38,461 bases of DNA. Origin: Bacillota bacterium (GTDB lineage Bacteria; Bacillota; Clostridia; Christensenellales; CAG-138). Position 1 is the stretch's first letter, and every line of letters begins with the position of its first letter. Below the pieces are notes generated by a model. It did no database searches and was not told the DNA's origin. It saw only the letters and a program-made list of their open reading frames with translations. This document shows, one piece after another, positions 1-9,292 of this stretch. Position numbers and translations under genes: made by a program. The DNA is taken from contig JAEXTB010000308.1 in NCBI GenBank assembly GCA_023453725.1, forward strand, positions 1-38,461. The letters run 5' to 3'.

Positions 1-13
1 CCCCCGCAGAGTA

Positions 14-853
14 TTGGGCGCAAAAGAGCGGCGTGTCAAGCACATTGCGGAAACGGACAAGCTGCTGCTTGATGAACTCAACGCGGATTTTCACGAGCGT
101 TTTATCCTGCCGCTTCTTAAAAAGCTGCGCCGCACGTTCAGCCGCCTGACGAAATCCACCAAAAAAGAGGGCGCCATCAACAGCAAAATGGAACGGCAGC
201 TGCGCATGGCGGGCATGTATATCGGCGCTTCCGGCTTCCTGGTGGTTCGCGTCATGGTTGCGCTGGGGCTATTCCTGGTTACGGCAATCCTTTTGCGTTT
301 TACTGAACTGGAGGCATATCTGAAACTGCTGATGATGATCGCGGCGCTCATGGTCGGGTTGCTGGTGCCGGTATACTATATGCGCTTTCAGATCCGCTCG
401 CGGCAGAGCTCCATTCGGAACCAGCTTCCGGATATGATCGATATTCTTACCGTCAGTATCGATGCCGGGCTGAGTTTTGACATTGCGTTAAGACGTGCCT
501 TGGATAAATTCACAGGCGCACTCAAGGAGGAAATGACGATCACCGCCATGGAAATCCAGATGGGCAAACCCCGGCGCATTGCGCTGACGGAGCTTGGCGA
601 GCGCAACGATGTCGCGGAACTGAAATCTTTGGCTTCCGCCGTGGTGCAGTCCGAGCAAATGGGGACACCCATCAAACAGGTGTTAAGGACCCAGGCCGCA
701 CAATTAAGGCTTTCCCGCAAGCAGTACGCACAGGAAAAGGGCATGAAGGCGTCCGTCAAAATGCTCCTTCCGATGGTGGCATTTATTTTCCCGGTCATAT
801 TCATTATATTGCTTGGACCCACCGTCATCCGGGTCATGGACACCTTCAAATAA
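14..853 (+). CDS. tadC: Type II secretion system F-family protein, TadC-like (Tad/Flp pilus platform). The true 5' end may lie upstream of the window.
   Basis: 279-aa ORF starting at TTG 14, with no in-frame stop in nt 2-13. T2SSF-type helical core (LPDMIDILTVSIDAGLSFDIAL ... VVQSEQMGTPI) is flanked by hydrophobic TM segments. Confidence 0.75.
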   Translation: MGAKERRVKHIAETDKLLLDELNADFHERFILPLLKKLRRTFSRLTKSTKKEGAINSKMERQLRMAGMYIGASGFLVVRVMVALGLFLVTAILLRFTELEAYLKLLMMIAALMVGLLVPVYYMRFQIRSRQSSIRNQLPDMIDILTVSIDAGLSFDIALRRALDKFTGALKEEMTITAMEIQMGKPRRIALTELGERNDVAELKSLASAVVQSEQMGTPIKQVLRTQAAQLRLSRKQYAQEKGMKASVKMLLPMVAFIFPVIFIILLGPTVIRVMDTFK

Positions 854-912
854 TACTTTAACAGTAAGCCCATAAGCAGGGCAGCTATAAATATGGATTG
901 GCAGGTAGCGTT

Positions 913-1278
913 ATGAAGTATGCGATTTTGTATTCGGACGGCAAGGCGCTTGCGCGTATCCGCGTGGCGGATCGGTTTTTCCACCGCCTCAAGGGGTTGA
1001 TGGGAGAGCGTGATATCAAGGAAGGCCTGTTGCTGCACCCGTGCGCACAGGTGCATACCTATTTCATGCGCGAGCCCATCGATGTGATTTACCTTGATAA
1101 GCAGGGGCGCGTGCTTTCCGTAGAGGAAGCGATGGAGCCGGGACGCATGGGGTTTTATATCCACGGCTGCAAGAGCGTACTGGAGCTGCCGGCCTACCGG
1201 TGGAAGAAGCTTGGCTGCTCAGAACAGGTGCGTATTGTAGAAGTCGGGAGGTTTCATGATGGCCAGGCAACCGGTTGA
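913..1278 (+). CDS. DUF192 domain protein
   Basis: ATG at 913 (MKYAILYSDG) inside ORF 898..1278. The pattern RFFHRLKGLMG ... GLLLHPCAQVHTYFMREPIDVIYLD ... VLELP is typical of DUF192/COG1430. Confidence 0.7.
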   Translation: MKYAILYSDGKALARIRVADRFFHRLKGLMGERDIKEGLLLHPCAQVHTYFMREPIDVIYLDKQGRVLSVEEAMEPGRMGFYIHGCKSVLELPAYRWKKLGCSEQVRIVEVGRFHDGQATG

Positions 1279-2038
1279 AAACAGCGGCGCGTTGCATTGT
1301 GCGCCGCCGGTGAGCGCGGATTATAACGCTTATAAGCGCGCGGAACTGATTGCGCTCGCGGCGGAACAGACCCAAGCGCTTGCAGACATGCGCTGCGTGC
1401 TGTACCGAGAAACGGATGCGCTCAGAGAAGAATTGTCCATACTCCAGGCGGAAAACCGCGCGTTAAAAGAAACGCTCCGCTCGTTGCAGGAAAAGCTTGC
1501 GGAAGAGCCGCTGCCGGTTGCGCCTACGCTGGAGGAGGCCGCGCTCAAAGAAAAGCTGCGGCCTATTGTGGCGAAGTTGCTTCTTAGACACCAGCAGGAA
1601 ACGCAGGCGCTGCAGCGGGAGCTGATGGCGCTGCGGCAGAAGCTTGCACAGGAACAGGAAGCGCACCAGGAGGCGCTCCTGGCGCTTGCCCGCGTGGAGG
1701 AGCGCTGCCAGGACCTAGATTCTGCCGGGGAGAGCGATGATGAGGGCGCCTTATTAAAAATTCAGGAATACCAGCGTGCGCTCAAAGAAGCCATGGAACA
1801 GGCCGCCCGTCAGGAAGAGACCGTACATTCTCTGACCCGGCAGTTGGAGTCTTCTACCGCGCAGGCCCGCATGCAGCGCACACAGGCTATGGAATACCTT
1901 TGTACAATGCGCGAAAGCTTTGAACAGATCTCCCATTGCCTGGTTCCGGAGGAAAGCCCAAGAAACGCTGCGCCGCCCAGGGTGGCGGTGTACAGGGAGA
2001 AGCTGATGCCGTTTACACGGGATCACGCAAGGCAATAA
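1256..2038 (+). CDS. Hypothetical coiled-coil protein (Glu/Leu/Ala/Gln-rich)
   Basis: GGGAGG lies 5 nt upstream of ATG 1256, and the ORF overlaps the DUF192 3' end by 23 nt. Heptad-like EELSILQAENRALKETLRSLQEKLAEE. No family recognised. Confidence 0.55.
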   Translation: MMARQPVENSGALHCAPPVSADYNAYKRAELIALAAEQTQALADMRCVLYRETDALREELSILQAENRALKETLRSLQEKLAEEPLPVAPTLEEAALKEKLRPIVAKLLLRHQQETQALQRELMALRQKLAQEQEAHQEALLALARVEERCQDLDSAGESDDEGALLKIQEYQRALKEAMEQAARQEETVHSLTRQLESSTAQARMQRTQAMEYLCTMRESFEQISHCLVPEESPRNAAPPRVAVYREKLMPFTRDHARQ

Positions 2039-2067
2039 ATGGACGCGCTTAGCATATCGCCGGGTTC

Positions 2068-2102
2068 AATGCAAGTATGGCGGCAAGCCGGCTTGCATTT
2101 TT
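2068..2102 (+). terminator. Rho-independent terminator closing the Tad-associated genes
   Basis: AATGCAAG (2068-2075) pairs with CTTGCATT (2092-2099), followed by a T-run to 2102. It lies 30 nt after the stop at 2038. Confidence 0.5.
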
Positions 2103-2159
2103 CTATGGAAAAAGCAGGTAAATTGCGTTATTGTAAGAATAAGGATGGGGGCGAACGGA

Positions 2160-2780
2160 ATGAATGGGGTACTCGAGTGGGATTCGATTTTCGGATGCAG
2201 GGTGAGACATGCGTTTTTGAAGCAGGAGCAAAAACCGGATGGTCTGGTGGTGCTGTTTCCCGGCCGCGGCTATACTTGTGAGAAGCCCCTTCTCTATTAT
2301 GCGGCTCAAGTCGCATGGGAACAGGGATATGACGTGCTCTGTCTGGAGTACGGGTTTTATAAAGCGGGCAAACCTTTTCTGGCGGAAGACGTCGCGCTCT
2401 TTTGCGAAGAACTCTGCGCCACGCTTCGCGAAGCGGAGGCGCATAGCTATGAGTGCCTGTATTGCATCAGCAAAAGTTTGGGGACTGTACTTGCGGGTGC
2501 GGTATGTACGCTGCTCGGCCATCCAAATGTGCAGCATCTGTTTTTAACGCCGGTAGAGCGTACGCTTCCTTATATGCTCAACACAAAATCGCTTGCGGTA
2601 ATCGGAACGGCGGATGATTCTTTTCCGCAGGCCTGTCTGGAACAGACAAAAGCGGACGGCACCTGCGGGCTGGTTTTCATTGAGGATGCCGATCATTCCC
2701 TGGAAACGCCGCATGGCAGCATACACAACCTTTCCGTCATGCAGCGCATCGCTGGCATTTACGAGTCGTTTTTGAAATAA
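2160..2780 (+). CDS. Alpha/beta hydrolase (dienelactone-hydrolase / KANL3-Tex30-like)
   Basis: VVLFPGRGYTCEKP, nucleophile-elbow-like CISKSLGT, and C-terminal DADHSLE. The start is ATG 2160 or ATG 2145 in the same frame. Confidence 0.6.
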   Translation: MNGVLEWDSIFGCRVRHAFLKQEQKPDGLVVLFPGRGYTCEKPLLYYAAQVAWEQGYDVLCLEYGFYKAGKPFLAEDVALFCEELCATLREAEAHSYECLYCISKSLGTVLAGAVCTLLGHPNVQHLFLTPVERTLPYMLNTKSLAVIGTADDSFPQACLEQTKADGTCGLVFIEDADHSLETPHGSIHNLSVMQRIAGIYESFLK

Positions 2781-2837
2781 CGCCGAATTGGGAATTTCTA
2801 CGGCAGATACGTGCACACTAAAGACGAGGTGATGCAC

Positions 2838-2999
2838 ATGCCTGAAATACCGGATGAATTCTTGACGGCGTTATCCCGCAACCAATCGGCCATGCAGCGC
2901 TTTTCCGGTCTTCCGGACCCGGAAAAGGACACTGTTCTCAACCGTGTACGCGGCGCGCGCACACAGGGCGAACTGGACGATATTGTGAACAAGCTGTAA
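2838..2999 (+). CDS. Small protein (53 aa), YdeI/OmdA-like helical motif; paralog of the next gene
   Basis: GAGGTG lies 6 nt before ATG 2838. MPEIPDEFLTALSRNQSAMQRFSGLPDPEKDTVLNRVRGARTQGELDDIVNKL aligns along its full length with the 3039..3200 product. Confidence 0.5.
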   Translation: MPEIPDEFLTALSRNQSAMQRFSGLPDPEKDTVLNRVRGARTQGELDDIVNKL

Positions 3000-3038
3000 G
3001 CCTACACACGAACTGTGCTTTGGGACGGAGGAACTTGT

Positions 3039-3200
3039 ATGACAGAAATGCCGCAGGGGCTGATACAGGCGTTTGCCCAGGATATGGAGGCCATGCGCCG
3101 CTTTGCGCAGCTTTCGGGCGCACAGCGGGCCGCAATTGTGAACAGAGCGCGCAATGTTACAAGCCGCGAAGAGATGGAAGAGATCGTAAAGGGAATATAG
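3039..3200 (+). CDS. Small protein (53 aa), paralog of 2838..2999
   Basis: GGAGGAA lies 5 nt before ATG 3039. MTEMPQGLIQAFAQDMEAMRRFAQLSGAQRAAIVNRARNVTSREEMEEIVKGI. Confidence 0.5.
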   Translation: MTEMPQGLIQAFAQDMEAMRRFAQLSGAQRAAIVNRARNVTSREEMEEIVKGI

Positions 3201-3235
3201 AAACGGACAAGCCGGTGCCTGTCCAAGTACTACAT

Positions 3236-3266
3236 AAAAATGTCGCTTCACAGGCGGCATTTTTTT
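3236..3266. terminator. Bidirectional intrinsic terminator between convergent genes
   Basis: A-run, then stem ATGTCGC/GCGGCAT (one G-U pair) with loop TTCACAG, then T7. It sits between the stop at 3200 (+) and the stop at 3294 (-). Confidence 0.55.
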
Positions 3267-3293
3267 ATAGACTCTGTTAGACAAACGGTACAA

Positions 3294-4478
3294 TCAGAGA
3301 ACCTTGCGTATTTCAAACATGGAGGCAAGCATGCCATAGCTTACGGGTGAGAATCGGTTGATGGTCCAGAAGCTTACGCCCCCAAGGTCAAATTCGTTCA
3401 CCAGGTCATACCGGGCGTGCAGACTTCCCCGGTTATCAAACCATACCACATGCCGTACGCCGTTATCCGCATAGAAGAAGTAGGGCGCCTGTGCCTGCGG
3501 ATCAAACTGGATTTGGGCGTTGTGCTCTTTTGCAAGTTCTAGCGCCTGCGCAAAGGAAATTGAGCGCGCTGCCCGCCCCTGCATATAGGGCAGCGTCCAA
3601 TCATAGCCGTAATTGGGCATCCCCATGAGTATTTTTCCGGGTTCTATGACTGTGGTGGCGTATTCCAGCACGCGGCGCACCTGATTCGCGGGCGATACGG
3701 CCATGGGCGGGCCGTATGTATGCCCCCATTCATAGGTCATGAGTATGACATGATCCACCAGCGCGCCAATTGCCGCATAGTCGTGCGCCTCATATAAAAG
3801 TCCCTGGTGTTCCGCACTGGTCTTGGGGGCGAGCGCTGTCGTTACAATATACCCTAAGGGATGCAGCCGCCCTACGGCCTTTTTTAAAAACGCCACGTAG
3901 GCAGGGCCGTCTGCGGGATAAATGTATTCAAAATCCACATCCAGCCCGAAATAGTTCTTGGCTTTGAGCGTATTTACGACATTGTGTAACAGCGTCTCCT
4001 GCACAGCGTTGTCTGTGAGGATCGCGTGCGCAACGTCGCTTGAAAAAGAGCCCTGTTCCCCAATATTGGTGATCACCATTAAGGGCGCGACATTGGCTTC
4101 GCGCGCGGCTGTAATAAGCGGCATATCTTCAATGGGCACCAAAGCCCCGTTGGGCTGTACCTGATAACTGAAAATGCCTAAATACGTCAGGTAGGGGAGC
4201 GTCCTTCGCAAGACATTCATATCAATGGTCGGAAACGCATAGCCGTTGACAGAAACCTCTGTTGCATTGTTGGGAGTCTCGGGGATATTGATGGGGGTGC
4301 CGGGCAAAAGCTGTGTAGGATCTGTAATTCCCGGGTTGGCCAATAATATCAGCGCAGGTGCAATGCCGTACTCCCGCGCAATGGTATAAAGAGAGTCGCC
4401 GCTTTTTACAGTGTATTCCCGCAAGGAACCACTTCCTTTGCCGTTTTTATTACCATATTGAACGGGTATGAAAAACAT
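3294..4478 (-). CDS. LysM domain-containing glycoside hydrolase family 18 (YaaH/SleL-like spore cortex-lytic type)
   Basis: LysM motif (YTVKSGDSLYTIAREYGI ... ANPGI) followed by a GH18 core with the catalytic DxDxE signature (GLDVDFEYI). Confidence 0.8.
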   Translation of the reverse strand: MFFIPVQYGNKNGKGSGSLREYTVKSGDSLYTIAREYGIAPALILLANPGITDPTQLLPGTPINIPETPNNATEVSVNGYAFPTIDMNVLRRTLPYLTYLGIFSYQVQPNGALVPIEDMPLITAAREANVAPLMVITNIGEQGSFSSDVAHAILTDNAVQETLLHNVVNTLKAKNYFGLDVDFEYIYPADGPAYVAFLKKAVGRLHPLGYIVTTALAPKTSAEHQGLLYEAHDYAAIGALVDHVILMTYEWGHTYGPPMAVSPANQVRRVLEYATTVIEPGKILMGMPNYGYDWTLPYMQGRAARSISFAQALELAKEHNAQIQFDPQAQAPYFFYADNGVRHVVWFDNRGSLHARYDLVNEFDLGGVSFWTINRFSPVSYGMLASMFEIRKVL

Positions 4479-4680
4479 GATTGCCTTATGCCATTTCTTT
4501 GAGAAGAACGGAACTTTGTATCGGGACTAAACAGGCACGAAATACTTGATTGTCTTTGCGCATACTGAACCTTTGCGCTGAACAAGGCGGAAAGGCCACA
4601 GTTCATATGAAGATATGGCGCGCAATGCGCCCTCCGGCATGTTATAATAGTTGCATCTAATCCAACCGAAAGGGAAAAGC

Positions 4681-5469
4681 ATGCTGTTTTCTCCGTTGTT
4701 TTCCGGCTCTTCCGGCAATGCAACCTTTATAGAAGCGGGCGGCGCCCGCCTGCTGGTGGATGCGGGGCTGCCTGGCTCGCGCATTGAGCAGGCGCTTGCC
4801 GCCATCCGCATACCCATCGATACCATCAGCGCCATACTTGTGACGCATGAACATATTGACCATGTGCGGGGGATCGGCGTTCTTTCCCGGAAATACGGCA
4901 TCCCCGTATATGCAAACGCGGCCTGCTGGGAGGCTATGCCGGGCAGTGTCGGCGAAATTGCGCCGGGCTGCACCCGCGTGATTGAAACAGGCCGGGATTT
5001 TTACATTAAAAACGTCAACATCACGCCGTTTGCCACCCCGCACGATGCCGCGGAGCCGGTTGGATATACGCTGCGGCACGAAAACCGCTGTGCAGGCGTG
5101 ATGACGGATATCGGCCACATTGACGAGCGGCTGATCGACGCCGTAGACGGTTGCGATATTCTGCTCATCGAATCCAACCACGATATTGAGATGCTCAAAT
5201 CTGGGAGCTATCCCTATCCGCTCAAACAACGCATTCTCTCCAACCGCGGGCACCTTTCCAATGTCGATTGCGGCCGCGCGCTGTGCAGGCTGTATGCGCG
5301 GGGGTTACGCAACGCCATTTTGGGACATTTGAGCCGGGACAACAACGAGGAGCAGCTGGCCATGGAAACGGTCGCCATGCAGCTTGCGGCGGAGGATATC
5401 CACACCGGCATGCGCGTTGCCATGTCCCACCGGGACAGACCCTGCGGCGTATTTCACTTAGAAGCCTGA
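4681..5469 (+). CDS. MBL-fold metallo-hydrolase, YycJ/WalJ-like
   Basis: ATG 4681 (MLFSPLFSGSSGNATFIE), HxHxDH motif (VTHEHIDHVRG), and C-terminal GHLSN. Confidence 0.8.
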   Translation: MLFSPLFSGSSGNATFIEAGGARLLVDAGLPGSRIEQALAAIRIPIDTISAILVTHEHIDHVRGIGVLSRKYGIPVYANAACWEAMPGSVGEIAPGCTRVIETGRDFYIKNVNITPFATPHDAAEPVGYTLRHENRCAGVMTDIGHIDERLIDAVDGCDILLIESNHDIEMLKSGSYPYPLKQRILSNRGHLSNVDCGRALCRLYARGLRNAILGHLSRDNNEEQLAMETVAMQLAAEDIHTGMRVAMSHRDRPCGVFHLEA

Positions 5470-5498
5470 AGAATCTCTTTTTCACAACAGGAGGTCAA

Positions 5499-6509
5499 AT
5501 GCAGCCAATCACTCCGCTTCAAATGAAAACTGCGCGCAGCATGGACAAATGGTCGATGTGGATCATCCTCAGCATGCTTGCATTCAATATCGGTCTGGGC
5601 TTTATTCCCGGTATTGCAGGTGATCTTGTGCGCCTCTTTGCCATCAGCTCCCTGATCGTGGAGCTTGGCTGCATTTATATTCCCGCAAGCGCGTTCATTG
5701 AGCGCAACGGCGGGCGAAAGGCGTTCGGTTTTGTGCGCATCAGCGGCTGGGAATGCGCATGGGCGGTGTTGTTTGGCACCGGCATATTTTTTCTCTCCAC
5801 CGCAACGAATGGGCTTACACAGTTTTTGTGGCAGCTGCTTGGAGCAAATCCGGATATGATGCTGTCAACACAACTGCCTACGGAAGGTGGGTGGCGGCTT
5901 ATAGCAACCATATTCCTGGTTGCGGTGATTCCTGCCTTTGTGGAGGAAACGTTGTTCCGTGGCGCGATGCTGCATGCATGGCGTGTACGGGGCAAGAAAC
6001 GTGCGCTCATTTATACGGTCATACTGTTTTCGCTGATCCACTTCCAGCCTGCGGCGCTGCCCGCCTATATTTTATTATCCTTTGCGCTTGGCTACGTTGC
6101 GCTGGCTACAGGCTCCGTATTTCCGGCTATGATCGTACATGGCATCAACAACCTGTTGGCCATATTGGTTACGTATCTTGCTGGGGATATGGCAGCATCT
6201 GAGGCGGCGCGGGCCACGCTGACAGCAGATATGCTTCCGGGGCTAGTGATCTACGCCGCAATTGGCGTGAGTGCCTGCATTGGCGGTTATCGCGGTATGA
6301 AGGCGGCGGCAGGTGCTCGTAACGCCTCGCAAGCGGAACCTGCAAACGTGGATATCCCGGTGCAGCAGGAGACAGAAGCCGAAGCTGCGCCCGCTAAAAA
6401 CCCGAATATCAGCGCGCCGCTCATCATCATATTCGCAATACTGGGGCTTATCAATCTGCTTGCGCTGATCGGCATGTTTATCACGCTTCCGCAGGGCCTG
6501 CCCATATAG
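5499..6509 (+). CDS. CPBP family intramembrane glutamic endopeptidase (CAAX protease-like)
   Basis: AGGAGG lies 6 nt before ATG 5499. Motifs EETLFRG, FSLIHF and HGINN in a polytopic membrane protein. The upstream part of ORF 5268.. overlaps the MBL gene and is not credible. Confidence 0.8.
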   Translation: MQPITPLQMKTARSMDKWSMWIILSMLAFNIGLGFIPGIAGDLVRLFAISSLIVELGCIYIPASAFIERNGGRKAFGFVRISGWECAWAVLFGTGIFFLSTATNGLTQFLWQLLGANPDMMLSTQLPTEGGWRLIATIFLVAVIPAFVEETLFRGAMLHAWRVRGKKRALIYTVILFSLIHFQPAALPAYILLSFALGYVALATGSVFPAMIVHGINNLLAILVTYLAGDMAASEAARATLTADMLPGLVIYAAIGVSACIGGYRGMKAAAGARNASQAEPANVDIPVQQETEAEAAPAKNPNISAPLIIIFAILGLINLLALIGMFITLPQGLPI

Positions 6510-6524
6510 ACGGAGGAAAAGCAC

Positions 6525-7004
6525 TTGCGTTTGGCGATACTATGCACCGGCAAATTAAAGGAACCCTATTGGCGCGACGCCGCAGAGGAATACAAAAAGC
6601 GCATGACCCGCTATGCGGAAGTTGAGGTGCTCGAAACGCCGGACGAGCCGGTGCCCGAACGGTTTTCCGAGGCCCAGCGCATACAGGCCATGAACCGGGA
6701 GGGAGAGCGCATGCTTGCGCAAATCGGCCCGCGGGATTTTGTGGTGGCGCTGTCCATTACCGGCAAACGCCTCACCTCGGAAGCGTTTGCAAAACAGATG
6801 GAACACTGGATGGCAGGCGGGTATACGCGTATTATGTTTGTCATCGGCGGGTCGCTGGGCCTTTCTTCCGCAATACTTGCCCGCGCGGACGCGCAGTTCT
6901 CTTTGTCCGATCTTACGTTTCCCCATCAGCTTGCGCGCATTGTGCTTCTTGAGCAGGTGTACCGCGCGTTCAAAATCATCAGCAACGAGCCATATCATAA
7001 ATGA
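6525..7004 (+). CDS. rlmH: 23S rRNA (pseudouridine1915-N3)-methyltransferase RlmH
   Basis: 159 aa from a TTG start with GGAGGA upstream. SPOUT motifs (FVIGGSLGLS, LSLSDLTFPHQLARIVLLEQVYRAF, EPYHK end). Confidence 0.9.
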   Translation: MRLAILCTGKLKEPYWRDAAEEYKKRMTRYAEVEVLETPDEPVPERFSEAQRIQAMNREGERMLAQIGPRDFVVALSITGKRLTSEAFAKQMEHWMAGGYTRIMFVIGGSLGLSSAILARADAQFSLSDLTFPHQLARIVLLEQVYRAFKIISNEPYHK

Positions 7005-7008
7005 GGTT

Positions 7009-7030
7009 CGCATGTGAACCGCATGTGAAC
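7009..7030. repeat. Perfect 11-bp tandem duplication CGCATGTGAAC x2 at the left edge of a low-G+C segment
   Basis: Read directly: 7009-7019 and 7020-7030 are identical. It lies 5 nt after the rlmH stop. Confidence 0.9.
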
Positions 7031-7151
7031 ATTATTGAGCAGCAGCCCAAAACGAGATTTTGCAATAGTATTCCTGTAAAAGCATGTGTATTTTGCTTGG
7101 TAAGACTCGATAGGAGTTATTTTAGGTGATGAACAAAAGCGGGGGCACAAT

Positions 7152-7520
7152 ATGTTAGTTACGCAAATACATTTTAATGGACAATGCAGAGAAGCAATTG
7201 AGATATATGTAAAAGCATTTAATGCTACGATTAGGACAATCATGCAAAATCCTGAGAATGAAAGTCTCGTCATTCATGCAGAACTATTTATTCATAACCA
7301 ATTGCTTATGTTAAACGATTTTGGCGACAATGAAGGTTTCTCTAAGGCAGGCGGATACCATTTGTCTGTTAGCTTTGACAGTGAAGAAGAGTTGAAAAAA
7401 GCTTACTCCGTATTGAAAGAGGGTAGTACGACAATTACACCTATGAGAGCTACTGATTACAGCAAATGTGTAATTCGGTTTGTTGATAAATTTGATGTTA
7501 GTTGGGGGTTTTGGGTGTAA
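7152..7520 (+). CDS. VOC/glyoxalase-fold protein (PhnB / 3-demethylubiquinone methyltransferase-domain-like)
   Basis: 122 aa. The N-terminus MLVTQIHFNGQCREAIEIYVKAFNA and the C-terminal FGVSW-like FDVSWGFWV are typical of the PhnB/YjdN group. The gene is strongly AT-rich. Confidence 0.6.
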   Translation: MLVTQIHFNGQCREAIEIYVKAFNATIRTIMQNPENESLVIHAELFIHNQLLMLNDFGDNEGFSKAGGYHLSVSFDSEEELKKAYSVLKEGSTTITPMRATDYSKCVIRFVDKFDVSWGFWV

Positions 7521-7791
7521 GTCTTAGATGCAATTATAGTTTGCAGAGAGAGCTATAATACTTTTATTCGTTTTGAAATAGCCGATTAAGACCATCCAAA
7601 GAAGTGCCTTTTCACTAACAGACTATTCTAATTCATACCCTATGGTTTCGTTGCAAAGTGATACGGTGGACCATACATAACTAGCAAATTAGGGTGCTCC
7701 TAATTGCGTTTGCTCAGAATACTCCTTGTGTGTCGAACGATTGTTTGGTATATTGGATAGAGTTGGAAGAGTAAATTTTTTGGAGGCCATT

Positions 7792-8421
7792 ATGAGCGAC
7801 AAGACGTTTTATTCTGTTGTACAAAGCCGCCGTACCACAAGAAAGTTTCAAAATAGAGCAGTGGAACCGGATGCCATACACAGGGTCTTGGCGTGCGGCC
7901 TGCAGGCCCCAACCTACAACCACATGCGGGAATGGCACTTTCTTTTTCTCAGGGATCTAGGGCTGCGTAAACGCATACTGGAGGAAAGCGGTGCATTCAG
8001 CCGCACACCGGATAAGGCCTTTTTAAACGAAACCCTTGCAAAGATCGAAAACCCATATCAGAAGGAAGTCTACTCCTATTCGGTTCCGCTGCAGGAAAAA
8101 ATTCTGCTCACGGCGCCGGAGGTGCTTCTGGTATGTTTTAAAATGGAGAAAGCGCTGTCCGCGTGTAACACGCTGTTTGAACTAAACAATTTCGCTTCCG
8201 CGTGGCTTGCGGTGGAAAACATACTGCTTGCAATGGCGGCGGAAGGGCTCTACGGGGTAACTTTGGTGCCGTTTCGGACAGACAAACTCAAAGACATCCT
8301 CGGCATGCCGGAAGATATGGAGGTTGCCACCTTCCTGCCGTTTGGCTATCCGGAAAAAGAGCCAGCAATCCGGCAAATAAACAAAGCGGTGCAGGATACC
8401 ATACATATCGATTGCTGGTAG
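7792..8421 (+). CDS. Nitroreductase family protein
   Basis: TGGAGG lies 5 nt before ATG 7792. The N-terminus SVVQSRRTTRKFQNRAVEPDAIHRVLACGLQAPTYNHMREW is the classic nitroreductase motif. Confidence 0.8.
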   Translation: MSDKTFYSVVQSRRTTRKFQNRAVEPDAIHRVLACGLQAPTYNHMREWHFLFLRDLGLRKRILEESGAFSRTPDKAFLNETLAKIENPYQKEVYSYSVPLQEKILLTAPEVLLVCFKMEKALSACNTLFELNNFASAWLAVENILLAMAAEGLYGVTLVPFRTDKLKDILGMPEDMEVATFLPFGYPEKEPAIRQINKAVQDTIHIDCW

Positions 8422-8437
8422 AAATGAGAGCAGGAGA

Positions 8438-9199
8438 ATGATGCATAGGACCGCGCTTACACAAGACATTGCCCGGTATTCGTTTGACCCGCAGCCCAAT
8501 CGGCATTTCGCCACCGCGGTCTATGCCATATTTGACGGCGACCGGGCGTTGCTGATCGATACAGGGTACGAATTCCAGGCGGCGGAGCTATGGCAGGAAT
8601 TTCAGAAGAGCGGCGTCACAATAAGCGCCGTCATACTCTCGCATTTTCATGACGATCATATGCAGGGGCTAAAGTCGTTGCCAAAAGTGCCTGTATACGG
8701 AAGCGCAGACTATCAAATATCGTTGGACCTGTGGACGGAACAGGATAAGCATGCGGTGTTTCGGCCCACGATTTGTATCAAAGAACCGTATGCGCTTCAC
8801 TTTGGCGCGCATCATCTCACACTGCTTCCGTTTCCCGGTCATTCTCCTTGTACATTGCTGACAAAAATAGACGATACATACCTGCACATAGCCGACGAAC
8901 TGATGTTCTCAGAAAAAGGGAAGCCGCTTCTCCCGTCTACGGACCCGCAGTGTATTGTGCGGCATGTAAACTCTCTGAAGCGGCTTAAGGACTATTGCGG
9001 GAGGTATACATTCCTTCCCGGGCACGGCCCTGCATTTTTCGGAAGAGAGCGGCAGCTGAGGGAGATCGGCTATCGCCTTGCTTACATGCAAGCCATATTG
9101 GACAGCAACAAGCAGCTTACCTACGAGGAAGCGGCAGAAGGCTGCGGCTGTGAATTCCTGCACAGCGAGTGGCATAGTGGGTTTTACGAGGAAGAGTGA
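8438..9199 (+). CDS. MBL-fold metallo-hydrolase
   Basis: HxHxDH motif (LSHFHDDHMQG) plus a downstream GHS and a C-terminal PGHG. Confidence 0.75.
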   Translation: MMHRTALTQDIARYSFDPQPNRHFATAVYAIFDGDRALLIDTGYEFQAAELWQEFQKSGVTISAVILSHFHDDHMQGLKSLPKVPVYGSADYQISLDLWTEQDKHAVFRPTICIKEPYALHFGAHHLTLLPFPGHSPCTLLTKIDDTYLHIADELMFSEKGKPLLPSTDPQCIVRHVNSLKRLKDYCGRYTFLPGHGPAFFGRERQLREIGYRLAYMQAILDSNKQLTYEEAAEGCGCEFLHSEWHSGFYEEE

Positions 9200-9292
9200 C
9201 CTGTTCACGCAACCGGAGGTTGTCAAAACCGCGCCAAATGGTTGGTAGAAGCTGGGCGCGTTCTTTTGTACCATATGCTTGAGGTGATAAAA

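Noticed and set aside
388-1164. 258-aa minus-strand ORF across tadC and the DUF192 gene. Similar shadow ORFs occur at 4657..5253, 20859..21593 and 19576..20247, and several lie inside the vWA gene (for example 16098..16700).
   Set aside because: All are antisense to genes with clear family motifs, and all lack start context or recognisable domains.
14-2038. A functional link between the Tad-locus tail (TadC, DUF192, coiled-coil protein) and the SipW/sortase fibre operon.
   Set aside because: They are 9 kb apart, on opposite strands, and separated by unrelated housekeeping genes and terminators. Nothing in the sequence connects them.
5268-5498. N-terminal extension of the CPBP ORF (GTG/ATG at 5268) overlapping the 3' end of the MBL gene.
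   Set aside because: The extension is Gly/Arg/His-rich nonsense. A strong AGGAGG-N6-ATG at 5499 sits just before the first TM segment.
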